Below, in pieces: positions 39,247 to 47,927 of a stretch of 64,000 nucleotides of DNA. Within the stretch, counting starts at the first letter, position 1, and every line of letters begins with the position of its first letter. Both the position numbers and the translations under genes were made by a program. This DNA is from Candidatus Thorarchaeota archaeon. Lineage in GTDB: Archaea > Asgardarchaeota > Thorarchaeia > Thorarchaeales > Thorarchaeaceae. Below the pieces are notes generated by a model. The model did not search any database, was not told the DNA's origin, and worked only from the letters and a program-made list of their open reading frames with translations. The stretch covers positions 66,496 to 130,495 of the forward strand of contig JBHLQH010000009.1 in assembly GCA_048884965.1 (NCBI GenBank), read 5' to 3'.

Positions 39247-40077
39247 ATGAAACGAACAATCGCAGCCATGCTCCTATTCGGTCTTGCGTTGGGTCTACTC
39301 CTTCCTTCACTTGCTGTCGCTGTTGACAACAAGATGATTATGGGAAATGGTAAAGGTGGTCCACCAAGTGGTGGTGAGCCTGAACCCATTGTTTACTACA
39401 CAGACTCAGGTCAAGACAAATGGGCTGTCATTATTGGTATCTCAGATTATGATGGACAGTCATCAGACCTCTGGAATCCTCATAATGACGCTCTTGAGAT
39501 GAAGCAAGTCCTTGAAGCAGACGGATATAACTACGCTCTGGCACTAAACAGTGCTGGTACACGTGATAACTTCTACCTGCTTATGGATTGGCTAATTGCA
39601 CATGAAGGGCCAAATTCTGAAGTCGTCTTCTTCTACTCTGGACACGGCTCAAATACTCAGGACGGTAGCTGGGACACAGATATCGAGTCTGATGGCTATG
39701 ATGAGTGCCTAGTATCCTGGGACCTCCGTGCGATACCTGATTCCTATATGGCAAGCAAGTTCGCTGAGATGGAGTCCAATCACATTGCAGCTATTTTCGC
39801 AAGCTGCATGAGTGGTGGAATGTTTGACGAGCCTTATGAAACCCGAAGCGGAATGCTTTACATTGCTGCTGCTGAGGCTGACCAGTACGGTTGGGACTAT
39901 CTCGACCTACAGAACACCTTGTTCATCTACTGGTTCCTCGACCAAGGCATCATCAACGGTCCCTACAACAACTTCCAGGACGCCTTCTGGTACGCAAGAC
40001 CAATTGTCATTGCTGAGCAGCCTGACAGCTGCCCAACCATGCTTGACAACCTTGGTGTCCCCTTCTACTGCAAGTAG
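39247..40077 (+). CDS. Secreted C14 peptidase (metacaspase-like)
   Basis: Signal peptide; WAVIIGISDY, NDA..M, FFYSGHG (His), DGYDECL, ASCMSG (Cys). Start moved to ATG 39247. Confidence 0.88.
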   Translation: MKRTIAAMLLFGLALGLLLPSLAVAVDNKMIMGNGKGGPPSGGEPEPIVYYTDSGQDKWAVIIGISDYDGQSSDLWNPHNDALEMKQVLEADGYNYALALNSAGTRDNFYLLMDWLIAHEGPNSEVVFFYSGHGSNTQDGSWDTDIESDGYDECLVSWDLRAIPDSYMASKFAEMESNHIAAIFASCMSGGMFDEPYETRSGMLYIAAAEADQYGWDYLDLQNTLFIYWFLDQGIINGPYNNFQDAFWYARPIVIAEQPDSCPTMLDNLGVPFYCK

Positions 40078-40083
40078 TGAAGT

Positions 40084-40116
40084 AAGGGCTTTTTGCCCTT
40101 CTTCTTTTTCTTTTTT
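40084..40116 (+). terminator. Hairpin plus long U-tract terminator after metacaspase
   Basis: AAGGGC-TTTTT-GCCCTT followed by CTTCTTTTTCTTTTTT. Confidence 0.72.
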
Positions 40117-40302
40117 GATAATCAATCTTTGAGATTCTGCGTTGCTATTGCCATTTTGATATCAGTTTCTGCCCTCTGAGTGGGAGGCAATTTTACTGTA
40201 AATAAAGAGAGCTTGCTATCCATCCCCTTTTTTGGTTACTTCTATTGATTGCCTTTTTCTATTCCATTAGTTAGTCAATTGGCGTGAAGCAATATTTTCC
40301 TA

Positions 40303-41331
40303 CTATTCAGTGCTTGTATCTTCATCATCTGGTTTATCTCGGAACATGAATCGGGATTCATCCTTTGCCAACAGAAGGATGTATACAGTCGCACCAAGTG
40401 TAATCGGTATGACAAATGCAAAGATGGATGCTGGAAGATTGATCATTCCGAAACCTATCACCGTTATGATAGTGCTAGCAGTGATGACAGCCATTGAAAT
40501 GACGAGTCGTTTCATTTCCTTCTTAGTCTTCTTGATTTTTTGATCTTGTGCTATTTTCGGATCGGCGTATCGCATGAATTCTTCTATCTGATCATCATCG
40601 ATTCTCTGCCTTCCAAATACCCTACTGCTCGCGACCACTGGAGGAACACGATAGATGGCCTCGATTCTCTGATTTACTATATCTGTTTTTGATTCGAATA
40701 TGAATGGGAGCAGGCAAAGACCAAATATTAACAGCATGCTGATTGCTATGATAAAAGATCCCAGTACTCTATCCTCGAAAATGGAAAAGGGGTCGAATCC
40801 AGAGGTACTCAATCCAAATGTTGTACCGAAGAGAAACGAAGCTCCTGTTCCTGCTAGTAGGATGATGGGATGAATTCTTTTCAGAGCCATGATTTTGGTG
40901 GCTAGAACAATCTCGCCATCAATAGGATTATTGCAGATGTCCTGAATAGCAGTCTTGGACATGAGAATAGCAGTATGCAATGGGGATCTACTGCTTGTAC
41001 ATACAAGATTTGGAGATTCTCTTAGCCATAATTCAACTTCGTCATCGAAACCAATCCTTGCTTTCGCTTTCTCAAGAATAAGGTCGATCTGCGGGTCGTT
41101 GAATGGATGTCTATACCGTCTGATTAGAAGAACTAGCCATAGAATGTAGCAACCAATTCCTACTATGACGCTTAGTATAGTCCACTCTACCAGAACAAAA
41201 TTGAGATTGAAGAGCCATACCGATAGAAATCCCCAGAGAAATCCAACGGCATAATTGGTTCCTCCTGTTGTTCCTTTGAACAGAGGTACTGATTCCTCTG
41301 CATCAGGGTAATATCCTTCTGGCAATGGCAT
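40303..41331 (-). CDS. Multi-pass membrane protein (degenerate M48/HtpX-like layout, no HExxH)
   Basis: Several TMs; a soluble region reminiscent of M48 topology, but the zinc motif is absent. Confidence 0.6.
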   Translation of the reverse strand: MPLPEGYYPDAEESVPLFKGTTGGTNYAVGFLWGFLSVWLFNLNFVLVEWTILSVIVGIGCYILWLVLLIRRYRHPFNDPQIDLILEKAKARIGFDDEVELWLRESPNLVCTSSRSPLHTAILMSKTAIQDICNNPIDGEIVLATKIMALKRIHPIILLAGTGASFLFGTTFGLSTSGFDPFSIFEDRVLGSFIIAISMLLIFGLCLLPFIFESKTDIVNQRIEAIYRVPPVVASSRVFGRQRIDDDQIEEFMRYADPKIAQDQKIKKTKKEMKRLVISMAVITASTIITVIGFGMINLPASIFAFVIPITLGATVYILLLAKDESRFMFRDKPDDEDTSTE

Positions 41332-41720
41332 CAGCCTCTCTCACAACCACACTCGCCATATTGGATATCGAGTATTAAGCATTCTGATGATCTTGGTTTT
41401 CCCCTCTGCTGCATTTGTGAAGTAAGCCCGTCTTTCCCTTTCTTCTTCCTATTTGCTTGTCGTATTTATTCTCACTCAGAATCCTAGCAATCAGGAAGTA
41501 TGTATCTGGGTCTTTCATAGTCCAGAATTCTCTAGATTTATATGCTTTCAAGTGGGGCATCAGAATACAATGTCAGACTACAGAAGCCTAGCGTCCTCGA
41601 ATCTGAGGACACTCAATAGCACACTATCTCAGTTGAGATAAGAGCTTGAGAAAGACTTCAGAGCCTCTGACATGCGATTTTTTCTGGATTGGACTGTTAG
41701 GGGCAGTCGATATTAGGAAA

Positions 41721-41809
41721 GCTGGTGTGGCTGAGTGATCAAAAGCGCGAGATTCAAACTCTTGGTCGGGTAGCCGACAACGTAGGTTAGAGTCCTACCA
41801 CCAGTACCA
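41721..41809 (+). tRNA. tRNA-Leu(CAA)
   Basis: Acceptor GCTGGTG/CACCAGT plus ACCA; anticodon arm CGAGA-TTCAAAC-TCTTG; long variable arm GTCGG-GTAG-CCGAC; T arm GTAGG-TTAGAGT-CCTAC. Confidence 0.88.
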
Positions 41810-41811
41810 AC

Positions 41812-41899
41812 GGCGCAGTGGCAGAGTGATCGAACGCGCTGGGCTTAGAACCCAGTCCTTAGTGTGACATCGCAGGTTTAAGTCCTGCCTGCGCCACCA
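41812..41899 (+). tRNA. tRNA-Leu(TAG)
   Basis: GGCGCAG/CTGCGCC plus ACCA; CTGGG-CTTAGAA-CCCAG; long, imperfect variable arm; GCAGG-TTTAAGT-CCTGC. Confidence 0.88.
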
Positions 41900-41901
41900 T
41901 T

Positions 41902-41987
41902 GCACCAGTAGTCAATCGGAAACGACGATGGACTGAGACTCCATGAGGGCAGCCTCTTTGCAGGTTCAATTCCTGTCTGGTGCACCA
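41902..41987 (+). tRNA. tRNA-Leu(GAG)
   Basis: GCACCAG/CTGGTGC plus ACCA; ATGGA-CTGAGAC-TCCAT; variable arm GAGG-GCAG-CCTC; GCAGG-TTCAATT-CCTGT. Confidence 0.88.
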
Positions 41988-41992
41988 ATCAT

Positions 41993-42078
41993 AGGCTAGT
42001 GGCGGAATATCAGACGCGCTTGGTTTAAGCCCAAGTCCGTTAGTCGGGTTGTAGGTTAGAGTCCTACCTAGCCTACCA
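41993..42078 (+). tRNA. tRNA-Leu(TAA)
   Basis: AGGCTAG/CTAGCCT plus ACCA; CTTGG-TTTAAGC-CCAAG; variable arm CCG-TTAGT-CGG; GTAGG-TTAGAGT-CCTAC. Confidence 0.88.
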
Positions 42079-42079
42079 A

Positions 42080-42153
42080 GGAGCAGTCGTTCAACGGGAG
42101 GACGCGCGACTGAAGATCGTGGGATGGTGGTTCGACTCCACCCTGCTCCACCA
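42080..42153 (+). tRNA. tRNA-Phe(GAA)
   Basis: GGAGCAG/CTGCTCC plus ACCA; D stem GTTC/GGAC; CGCGA-CTGAAGA-TCGTG; GGTGG-TTCGACT-CCACC. Confidence 0.92.
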
Positions 42154-42212
42154 AATACTATCGCCAATCGATTAGTTTCACACACAAGATGGTATCCTAG
42201 CAGAAATGTAAT

Positions 42213-42737
42213 ATGCTGAAGAACGAAGTCTATGTTATGGACGATACCAAGAAAAGAAGTATACCGTGTCTTCAGGTTGGTGACCCTGCGCCTGATTTTG
42301 TTCTCCCCGCGACCAACGACCAAGATGTTCATCTCTACGATCTATTAGACAATAATGTCGTCCTTGTATTCTTCTCAGATACGTTCACTCCATTTGCTAC
42401 AGGACAGGCAGATTCTTTCCTTCACCTGCATGAGTCCCTGAGCAATCTCGGTGTGACCTTTATTGGTATAGCCACAGAGCCCTTAGCGACACTGGAAACC
42501 TTCATTGAGGATCTTGAACTCCCATTTCTTATGGCCAGTGACTTCGATCGTAAGGTTTCGAAAGCCTATGGAGTCTATACTGATGTGCTCAGGAACTTGA
42601 GATGTGTCGCAAGACCGAGTATTGTGGTAGTTGATGTCGATGGTTTGATCGATTACATCTGGATCGATGAAGGTACAGAGGGAATACCCCCTGTACAGGA
42701 GATTGCAGACAGGATAATCAAGTCTAAACTGGATTGA
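42213..42737 (+). CDS. AhpC/TSA peroxiredoxin-like protein lacking the peroxidatic Cys
   Basis: L.VGD.APDF.L, VVLVFF...FTPFAT, SDFDRKVSKAYGV, ARPS..VD.DG.I.Y. The start may be ATG 42237. Confidence 0.82.
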   Translation: MLKNEVYVMDDTKKRSIPCLQVGDPAPDFVLPATNDQDVHLYDLLDNNVVLVFFSDTFTPFATGQADSFLHLHESLSNLGVTFIGIATEPLATLETFIEDLELPFLMASDFDRKVSKAYGVYTDVLRNLRCVARPSIVVVDVDGLIDYIWIDEGTEGIPPVQEIADRIIKSKLD

Positions 42738-42740
42738 TCC

Positions 42741-43841
42741 CTATACAGCGAATTGCTCGAGGTAAATGGTAACGATTTGAGTAATAGCGAAGAGTATCAA
42801 TAGAAAAATACCTTCTGTCCGAGTAACTCTCCAATCACGCCGAATAATGTAGAAGAATATCAGGGCAACTGCAAGGGCAAAAAACATAATCACTACATTT
42901 CCTAGATCGAGAAGAATTGTAGTTGGTATAAACAAGGAAATTAATCCTAGACCCAATGTTATATTCACAATATTGCTCCCTATCACATTGCCAATAAGTA
43001 ATCGCCCAAACCCTCGCCGAGCACTATTTACTGATACAGTAAGCTCAGGGAGTGATGTTCCGAGCGCTACTATGACCAGGCCAATGACTCCTTCTTGGAT
43101 ACCCCATGTGATTGTTATGAAATCGCTACCTGCAACAACCAGCTGTGCGCCAAGTACTATGAAAGCAGATGATACTATAACAAGAAGGGCTCCTCGAATT
43201 GATTCTGATCGTCTTCTTCTCTCTTGATCTTGCGACTCCACTGAAGAGTCTTGGTCCTTACTTTTAGCCATGTCACGCGGCTTCGGGAAAAGCCCACGAA
43301 GTGAGGTCAGGAACCGTAATCTAATGAGATAGTCAACAAATACATGGAACTGATAGCAAGACTCACACTCTTCCTGTCGTGTGATGAGAAATGAGAGGTA
43401 GGCGAGGAATAGTATCAACAGAAATCCTGCTTCCCAGATTGCAATGACCCCGGGTGTCAGGGGATCAAGCAGGAAAACTGCTAACGCTCCAATGACTAGA
43501 ATCATCACTTTTGCGTCTCGATCAATCACCACTGCGTTCGATGCTAATGGACTAATGATTGCACTGACCCCTATGATCAAGGTCAGGTTGATGAGTGTAC
43601 TGCCTATTATGTTAGTGAAGGCAAGCTCTGGTTTCCCTGCAATGACGGCTGTTGAACTGGCGACAATTTCAGGAAGGGAGGTTCCAATTGCTACGATTGT
43701 GAGGCCAATGAAGAGTTCAGAAACTCCCAGATTACGTGCGAGCTTTGATGCAGACTCAACGAAGACATCTGAGCCGTAGATAAGCAGAGCTAGACCCAAT
43801 GAGAAAAGACCAAGGTTTGCCACGATTAGTTCTAGCTGCAT
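42741..43841 (-). CDS. Ca2+/Na+ antiporter (CaCA, YrbG family)
   Basis: Two alpha repeats: GTSLPE...NIIGS..IN and GTSLPE...GNVIGSNIVN. Confidence 0.93.
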   Translation of the reverse strand: MQLELIVANLGLFSLGLALLIYGSDVFVESASKLARNLGVSELFIGLTIVAIGTSLPEIVASSTAVIAGKPELAFTNIIGSTLINLTLIIGVSAIISPLASNAVVIDRDAKVMILVIGALAVFLLDPLTPGVIAIWEAGFLLILFLAYLSFLITRQEECESCYQFHVFVDYLIRLRFLTSLRGLFPKPRDMAKSKDQDSSVESQDQERRRRSESIRGALLVIVSSAFIVLGAQLVVAGSDFITITWGIQEGVIGLVIVALGTSLPELTVSVNSARRGFGRLLIGNVIGSNIVNITLGLGLISLFIPTTILLDLGNVVIMFFALAVALIFFYIIRRDWRVTRTEGIFLLILFAITQIVTIYLEQFAV

Positions 43842-44004
43842 AAGGACATCACACCTTCAAGACCTCTATCCGAAAAGAAGTATTTCTCCTTGATATAAAT
43901 TGAGTCGCTTGCTTTACAATTATATTTTTAGGGATAGATATGTGAGTGTTTTCATCACCTGAATTATACTTGGGTGATTTCGTGGTGAGTGAAGTTGGAT
44001 AGGA

Positions 44005-45441
44005 GTGAATGAAATGTCTATAGAAAAGTTTGGGAGTGTTTTTCTTGTGTTCCTGACTGCATTGAGTCTGTGTCTAGTATCGGGATTTCTGCCCATCAGG
44101 GAAGATTCTATCATATCCCCTACGAGTTCTGCACCTCATTCCATTGCTCAAGCGAAGATAGAGCACGCTCCAGTCCTTATAATTTCCGAGTCGGATTTTG
44201 CTACCTTGGGATTTAGTGGAGCAGGTTCACTTGAAGACCCTTATGTCATTGACAATCTATGGATTCATGGCTCTCATTCCTATGGAATCTCAATAATCAA
44301 CATTGATGCCTATGTATCTATCAGAAATGTTCGAGTCGAGCTAGATGATGGATTCTCACTATTCTTTCGTGATTGTCTTAGTATCGTTCTTCAGGACGTT
44401 GATGTGATTGGTGGTTGGGAAGGCGTTTCTGCTCTTGATTGCACATCTTTGAATATGACAGATTGTAGGCTTGAGGATATCGATGACATCGGATTGTCTG
44501 TTCTGGATACTTCATTCCACTCAGTAGTATCCACATCCTTCCTCCGATGCAACTCAGCGGCAGTGATTGACGGAGGTTTTCTTTCTTACAATAATGTTAA
44601 TGTGACTGGTGGTTTCGGAGGCATCCGGGTTGGTGGGGCTGTATCTTCATCCTTTGTCAATTGCCATTTTTCAGATTGCGCCCTTTCCGGGCTACTACTA
44701 GCTTCAACTACCCTCATGACAATTCACGGGAACACATTCAACAACTGCAGCATCCAGATGCTTGGTAGCAATATACTGCATTGGACTCACATCGTCTATG
44801 ATAATACAGTGAATGGCAAACCTCTTGGTTACCTGCTGATGGATGAGGGCTCTGTCATCGACTTGAATGACTATGGGGCCATGTTCGTTGTGCTGTCAAA
44901 TGGCACTAAGTTACAAGGAGGAACTTTTTCCAATGTGACAGTAGGAATAACAATGGTATTCTCCTCCAACTGCATCATCAACGGAACGTCATTTGAGATG
45001 TGTGACTTGGCTATCGCATTGACGAGCTGCATTTTGACTACCATTTTAGACTGCACTGTATCTAATGGAGGCTCTGGACTGGATGTTATGGATTGTGCGA
45101 ACATCACTATCGAGCACAATTCGTTCTTAAACCTCGATATGGGACTAGCCTTGAATTGGAGGACTTCCAATTGCTCTATAGTTTCGAATCTTTTCGTGAC
45201 TAGCACTCTATCCGACAACGGTCACAATAATCTATGGTATGGAAATACCTATGATGACTACGATCTTAGCGGACTGTATGAAATACCCGGTAGTGCATCA
45301 TCTATTGACACGAACCCATCCAAATACACTCATCAAGCAGACCTTGAGATGATGTTTCTCATCGAGTCTATCCCAGCCATTATTGTAGCTGTAGTGATCA
45401 TTCTTATTGTGAATTGGAAGCTTTCGAAGATCAAAGAATGA
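44005..45441 (+). CDS. NosD/CASH right-handed beta-helix surface protein
   Basis: Signal peptide, G.GS.EDPYVI.NL.I, NTVNGKPL.Y, DNG..N.W..N.YDDY, YEIPG.A..ID..P, C-terminal TM. Confidence 0.83.
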   Translation: MNEMSIEKFGSVFLVFLTALSLCLVSGFLPIREDSIISPTSSAPHSIAQAKIEHAPVLIISESDFATLGFSGAGSLEDPYVIDNLWIHGSHSYGISIINIDAYVSIRNVRVELDDGFSLFFRDCLSIVLQDVDVIGGWEGVSALDCTSLNMTDCRLEDIDDIGLSVLDTSFHSVVSTSFLRCNSAAVIDGGFLSYNNVNVTGGFGGIRVGGAVSSSFVNCHFSDCALSGLLLASTTLMTIHGNTFNNCSIQMLGSNILHWTHIVYDNTVNGKPLGYLLMDEGSVIDLNDYGAMFVVLSNGTKLQGGTFSNVTVGITMVFSSNCIINGTSFEMCDLAIALTSCILTTILDCTVSNGGSGLDVMDCANITIEHNSFLNLDMGLALNWRTSNCSIVSNLFVTSTLSDNGHNNLWYGNTYDDYDLSGLYEIPGSASSIDTNPSKYTHQADLEMMFLIESIPAIIVAVVIILIVNWKLSKIKE

Positions 45442-45471
45442 AGAGCCTTGCTCGTTTCATTCAGAACTATA

Positions 45472-46506
45472 TTACCAATTCGTGTCCCTTCTCAGCATCC
45501 TTCTCTTCCCACTTTCTTTGAATTGATCGCTCAGTGCCCACCCTGCCATACCTATTATGATGGAAATGACACTATACCTGACGATGAACACCACTAGTAC
45601 AATGATAATTGATGTATCAATGAAGATTGCAACTAAGGTGCTTAAAGGACTAACAAGGATTTGAAGGACTGCGAATAGAGCTATCCCGCAGAAGAGTAAA
45701 TGGAATACACCGTATTTCCATTGGATTTTCCAGATTCTTTCTGACAGCCATGCATTGATGAGTCCCGTTCCTACAAAGATTGAGCCCAGTACCAGACCCA
45801 GAGCGAGTACGAGAGGTACGCTTCCTAGATAGACTCCTGAGGCAAGTGCTATACCTGCCAGGATTGGCCACATCAACCCAAATATCAAGTCTAGCACAGA
45901 GAAGGCAAGACCGTGAATGAAGAATCTCTTGACTCGATATGTCGTTGTTGTCCTTTTTTCTGGAAGAGGTTCATTTAGCGCTTCTGCAGGTGGCTGAGTA
46001 TAAACTGATTCTTGTGCTTCTGTCTGAATTTGCAGTGGCTCCATGCTGCTGGGAATCTCATCCTGAATCACCTCACCATTGTAAAGAATCATTCTTAGAA
46101 TGACTCCAATGGCGACAAAAGGAATTGGAAACACACTCAAACCCCCAATTATGAGCATCAGAATACTAAGCCATATGATTCCTGTTACGACATCGCTCCT
46201 CTCTTTCTTTCCTCCTGAGTATAGCCAGAGATAGACTATGATTCCCAGATTTAATCCACCATAGATGAGACCATAAATCCAAAGTGTCATGGTAGTATTT
46301 GGGCCAAGAGTAAGGAACTGAAGGTCGAAGGTAATCCCCTCGAAGGAAATTATTCCCCCTGCAACACCGATGATCGAAACAAATCCAATCACTTCTGCGC
46401 CACTTTGTAGAGTGAGAAAGATAAAGCCCGATGGCATCACCAGCATGAAAAGGATGAGAAATCCAATTCTCTGCCTGATCAACTCATAGTAATCTGTGAT
46501 TTGCAT
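45472..46506 (-). CDS. Multi-pass membrane hypothetical protein (two hydrophobic domains with acidic linker)
   Basis: Hydrophobicity pattern only. Confidence 0.7.
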   Translation of the reverse strand: MQITDYYELIRQRIGFLILFMLVMPSGFIFLTLQSGAEVIGFVSIIGVAGGIISFEGITFDLQFLTLGPNTTMTLWIYGLIYGGLNLGIIVYLWLYSGGKKERSDVVTGIIWLSILMLIIGGLSVFPIPFVAIGVILRMILYNGEVIQDEIPSSMEPLQIQTEAQESVYTQPPAEALNEPLPEKRTTTTYRVKRFFIHGLAFSVLDLIFGLMWPILAGIALASGVYLGSVPLVLALGLVLGSIFVGTGLINAWLSERIWKIQWKYGVFHLLFCGIALFAVLQILVSPLSTLVAIFIDTSIIIVLVVFIVRYSVISIIIGMAGWALSDQFKESGKRRMLRRDTNW

Positions 46507-46654
46507 TCTCTTTTCTCTCCCTATCCTTAAGTTCGAGTTATTGAACCAGTGTTCATAGCACTCATTTCGATATTCCCTCTACCACATGAATACCATTTCT
46601 TCTCGTGCACAATCGAGCTTGGTGAGATATAATTCTGCCGTGTTAAATACACCC

Positions 46655-47479
46655 TCAATAGGCTTCTTTTTGCTTTACTGCTGCAACAATCAAGGAGTAG
46701 GGTACAATTTGATTAGCCTTGATGAACTCTTCATTTCTCCACATAGCATCTGCATATGGTATTGCATCAGCTGGAATTTTCCTCATCTCCTCCTTTGAAT
46801 ATCCTCGTGGCTCTTCGAGTCGTTTAATAATGAATCTTGCATTACATAGAGCATTCACGATCTGACTCAATCTCCATGGCGTACTCTCAAAGGTGGCAAT
46901 CTTCTCACCGCTTCTCCTTTCCCAATCCCATCGTTCTCGCTTTGTGTCAAAGTAGTTTGCGATGCTATTCAAATTTCCCTTTTCAAGCGCTTCGCCAAGC
47001 ACAATCCATATCGGATGTGCCATACAAATGATGATTCGACCTCCATAACGGAGGACTCTGGAACATTCCATGAACACCTTTTCAATGTTTGAGGCATAAT
47101 TCATCGCGTGAGAGGAAACGACCAAGTCAAAGGAATCATCAGGTAGTATGGACATGTCTTCCATATCGCATTTCAAGATTCGGATATCCTGTTTTTCTCG
47201 CTTGGCTAATCTCTTGGCATAATCAAGCTGACTTTCCGATTGATCTATTGCTGTGACAGACTTTGCTCCCCACTTACTGAGTACAATGGAATTCTGCCCA
47301 CATCCACAACCTACATCCAATACATCCAACCCTTTCACATCTCCTATGATACCAAGCTCTTTGTCGCCCGGACCGTATGGATTGTAGTGAAAATTGTTCA
47401 GCGATATCCGTGTGAACTCCTGATAGAAAACTGAGAGTCTGTTCCATGACTCCTCGTTCATCTTGTTAGACATGGACAC
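46655..47479 (-). CDS. Class I SAM-dependent methyltransferase
   Basis: VLDVGCGCGQ, IDQSESQL, DDSFDLV, RVLR.GG. Confidence 0.92.
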   Translation of the reverse strand: MSMSNKMNEESWNRLSVFYQEFTRISLNNFHYNPYGPGDKELGIIGDVKGLDVLDVGCGCGQNSIVLSKWGAKSVTAIDQSESQLDYAKRLAKREKQDIRILKCDMEDMSILPDDSFDLVVSSHAMNYASNIEKVFMECSRVLRYGGRIIICMAHPIWIVLGEALEKGNLNSIANYFDTKRERWDWERRSGEKIATFESTPWRLSQIVNALCNARFIIKRLEEPRGYSKEEMRKIPADAIPYADAMWRNEEFIKANQIVPYSLIVAAVKQKEAY

Positions 47480-47583
47480 TTTCTCATTTGCTCCTTCTCT
47501 ACTTCTCTTCTTCTTTCAATGTAGTATTAAGATAACTATGTGTTCAAGGTGAAATTGGTAGAAACCTGCAGAAACGCGAAAAT

Positions 47584-47880
47584 TCATCGTGGTCTTATTG
47601 GGAATCTACAATCAGGGCAATAGGCAATCTCGGATTCCGGATCCCACTCCACGCTAAAGGGAGATATCTCAGCTCCGCATGATGGACACATATCAGGTAT
47701 GCTGTTCATTTTTTCATCAGAAGGTTTGTATGGTACTAAAACCGTTGGTCCCCAATCTTTTGGAGGCTCTTCTGCTGGCTGGTCGATGAAGAAACTCACT
47801 ATGAAACCGAAGACCGCTATTCCAATTATAGCTACCACAAGAATAGTAAGTATCACATCTAAGAAAGCCTGCATCTTCAA
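47584..47880 (-). CDS. Single-TM protein with C-terminal zinc ribbon
   Basis: N-terminal TM; CPSCG...CPDC. Confidence 0.75.
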   Translation of the reverse strand: MKMQAFLDVILTILVVAIIGIAVFGFIVSFFIDQPAEEPPKDWGPTVLVPYKPSDEKMNSIPDMCPSCGAEISPFSVEWDPESEIAYCPDCRFPIRPR

Positions 47881-47927
47881 TCATCCCTGTCATAATTGTT
47901 CCCTCAAATGGGATTAATGTTGTCTTC

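Noticed and set aside
40303-41331. Active M48/HtpX protease
   Set aside because: No HExxH motif; only a loose topological resemblance.
41375-41716. Short ORFs or pseudogene upstream of the tRNA array
   Set aside because: No recognisable family, integrase or transposase motif; insufficient support for a call.
41721-41809. tRNA-Sec or suppressor reading (TTCAAA in the loop)
   Set aside because: The 5-bp stem and 7-nt loop TTCAAAC centre the anticodon on CAA; the acceptor stem is 7 bp with A73, which fits Leu, not Sec.
41721-42153. Repeated 17-nt unit as a CRISPR-like array
   Set aside because: There are only two copies, both explained as tRNA T arms; no regular spacers and no cas genes.
41859-42332. 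157-aa minus-strand ORF
   Set aside because: It is the antisense shadow of the tRNA genes and the Prx-like 5' end, with no protein-like motifs.
42380-42410. Selenocysteine at the peroxiredoxin active site
   Set aside because: The codon is GCT (Ala); there is no in-frame TGA.
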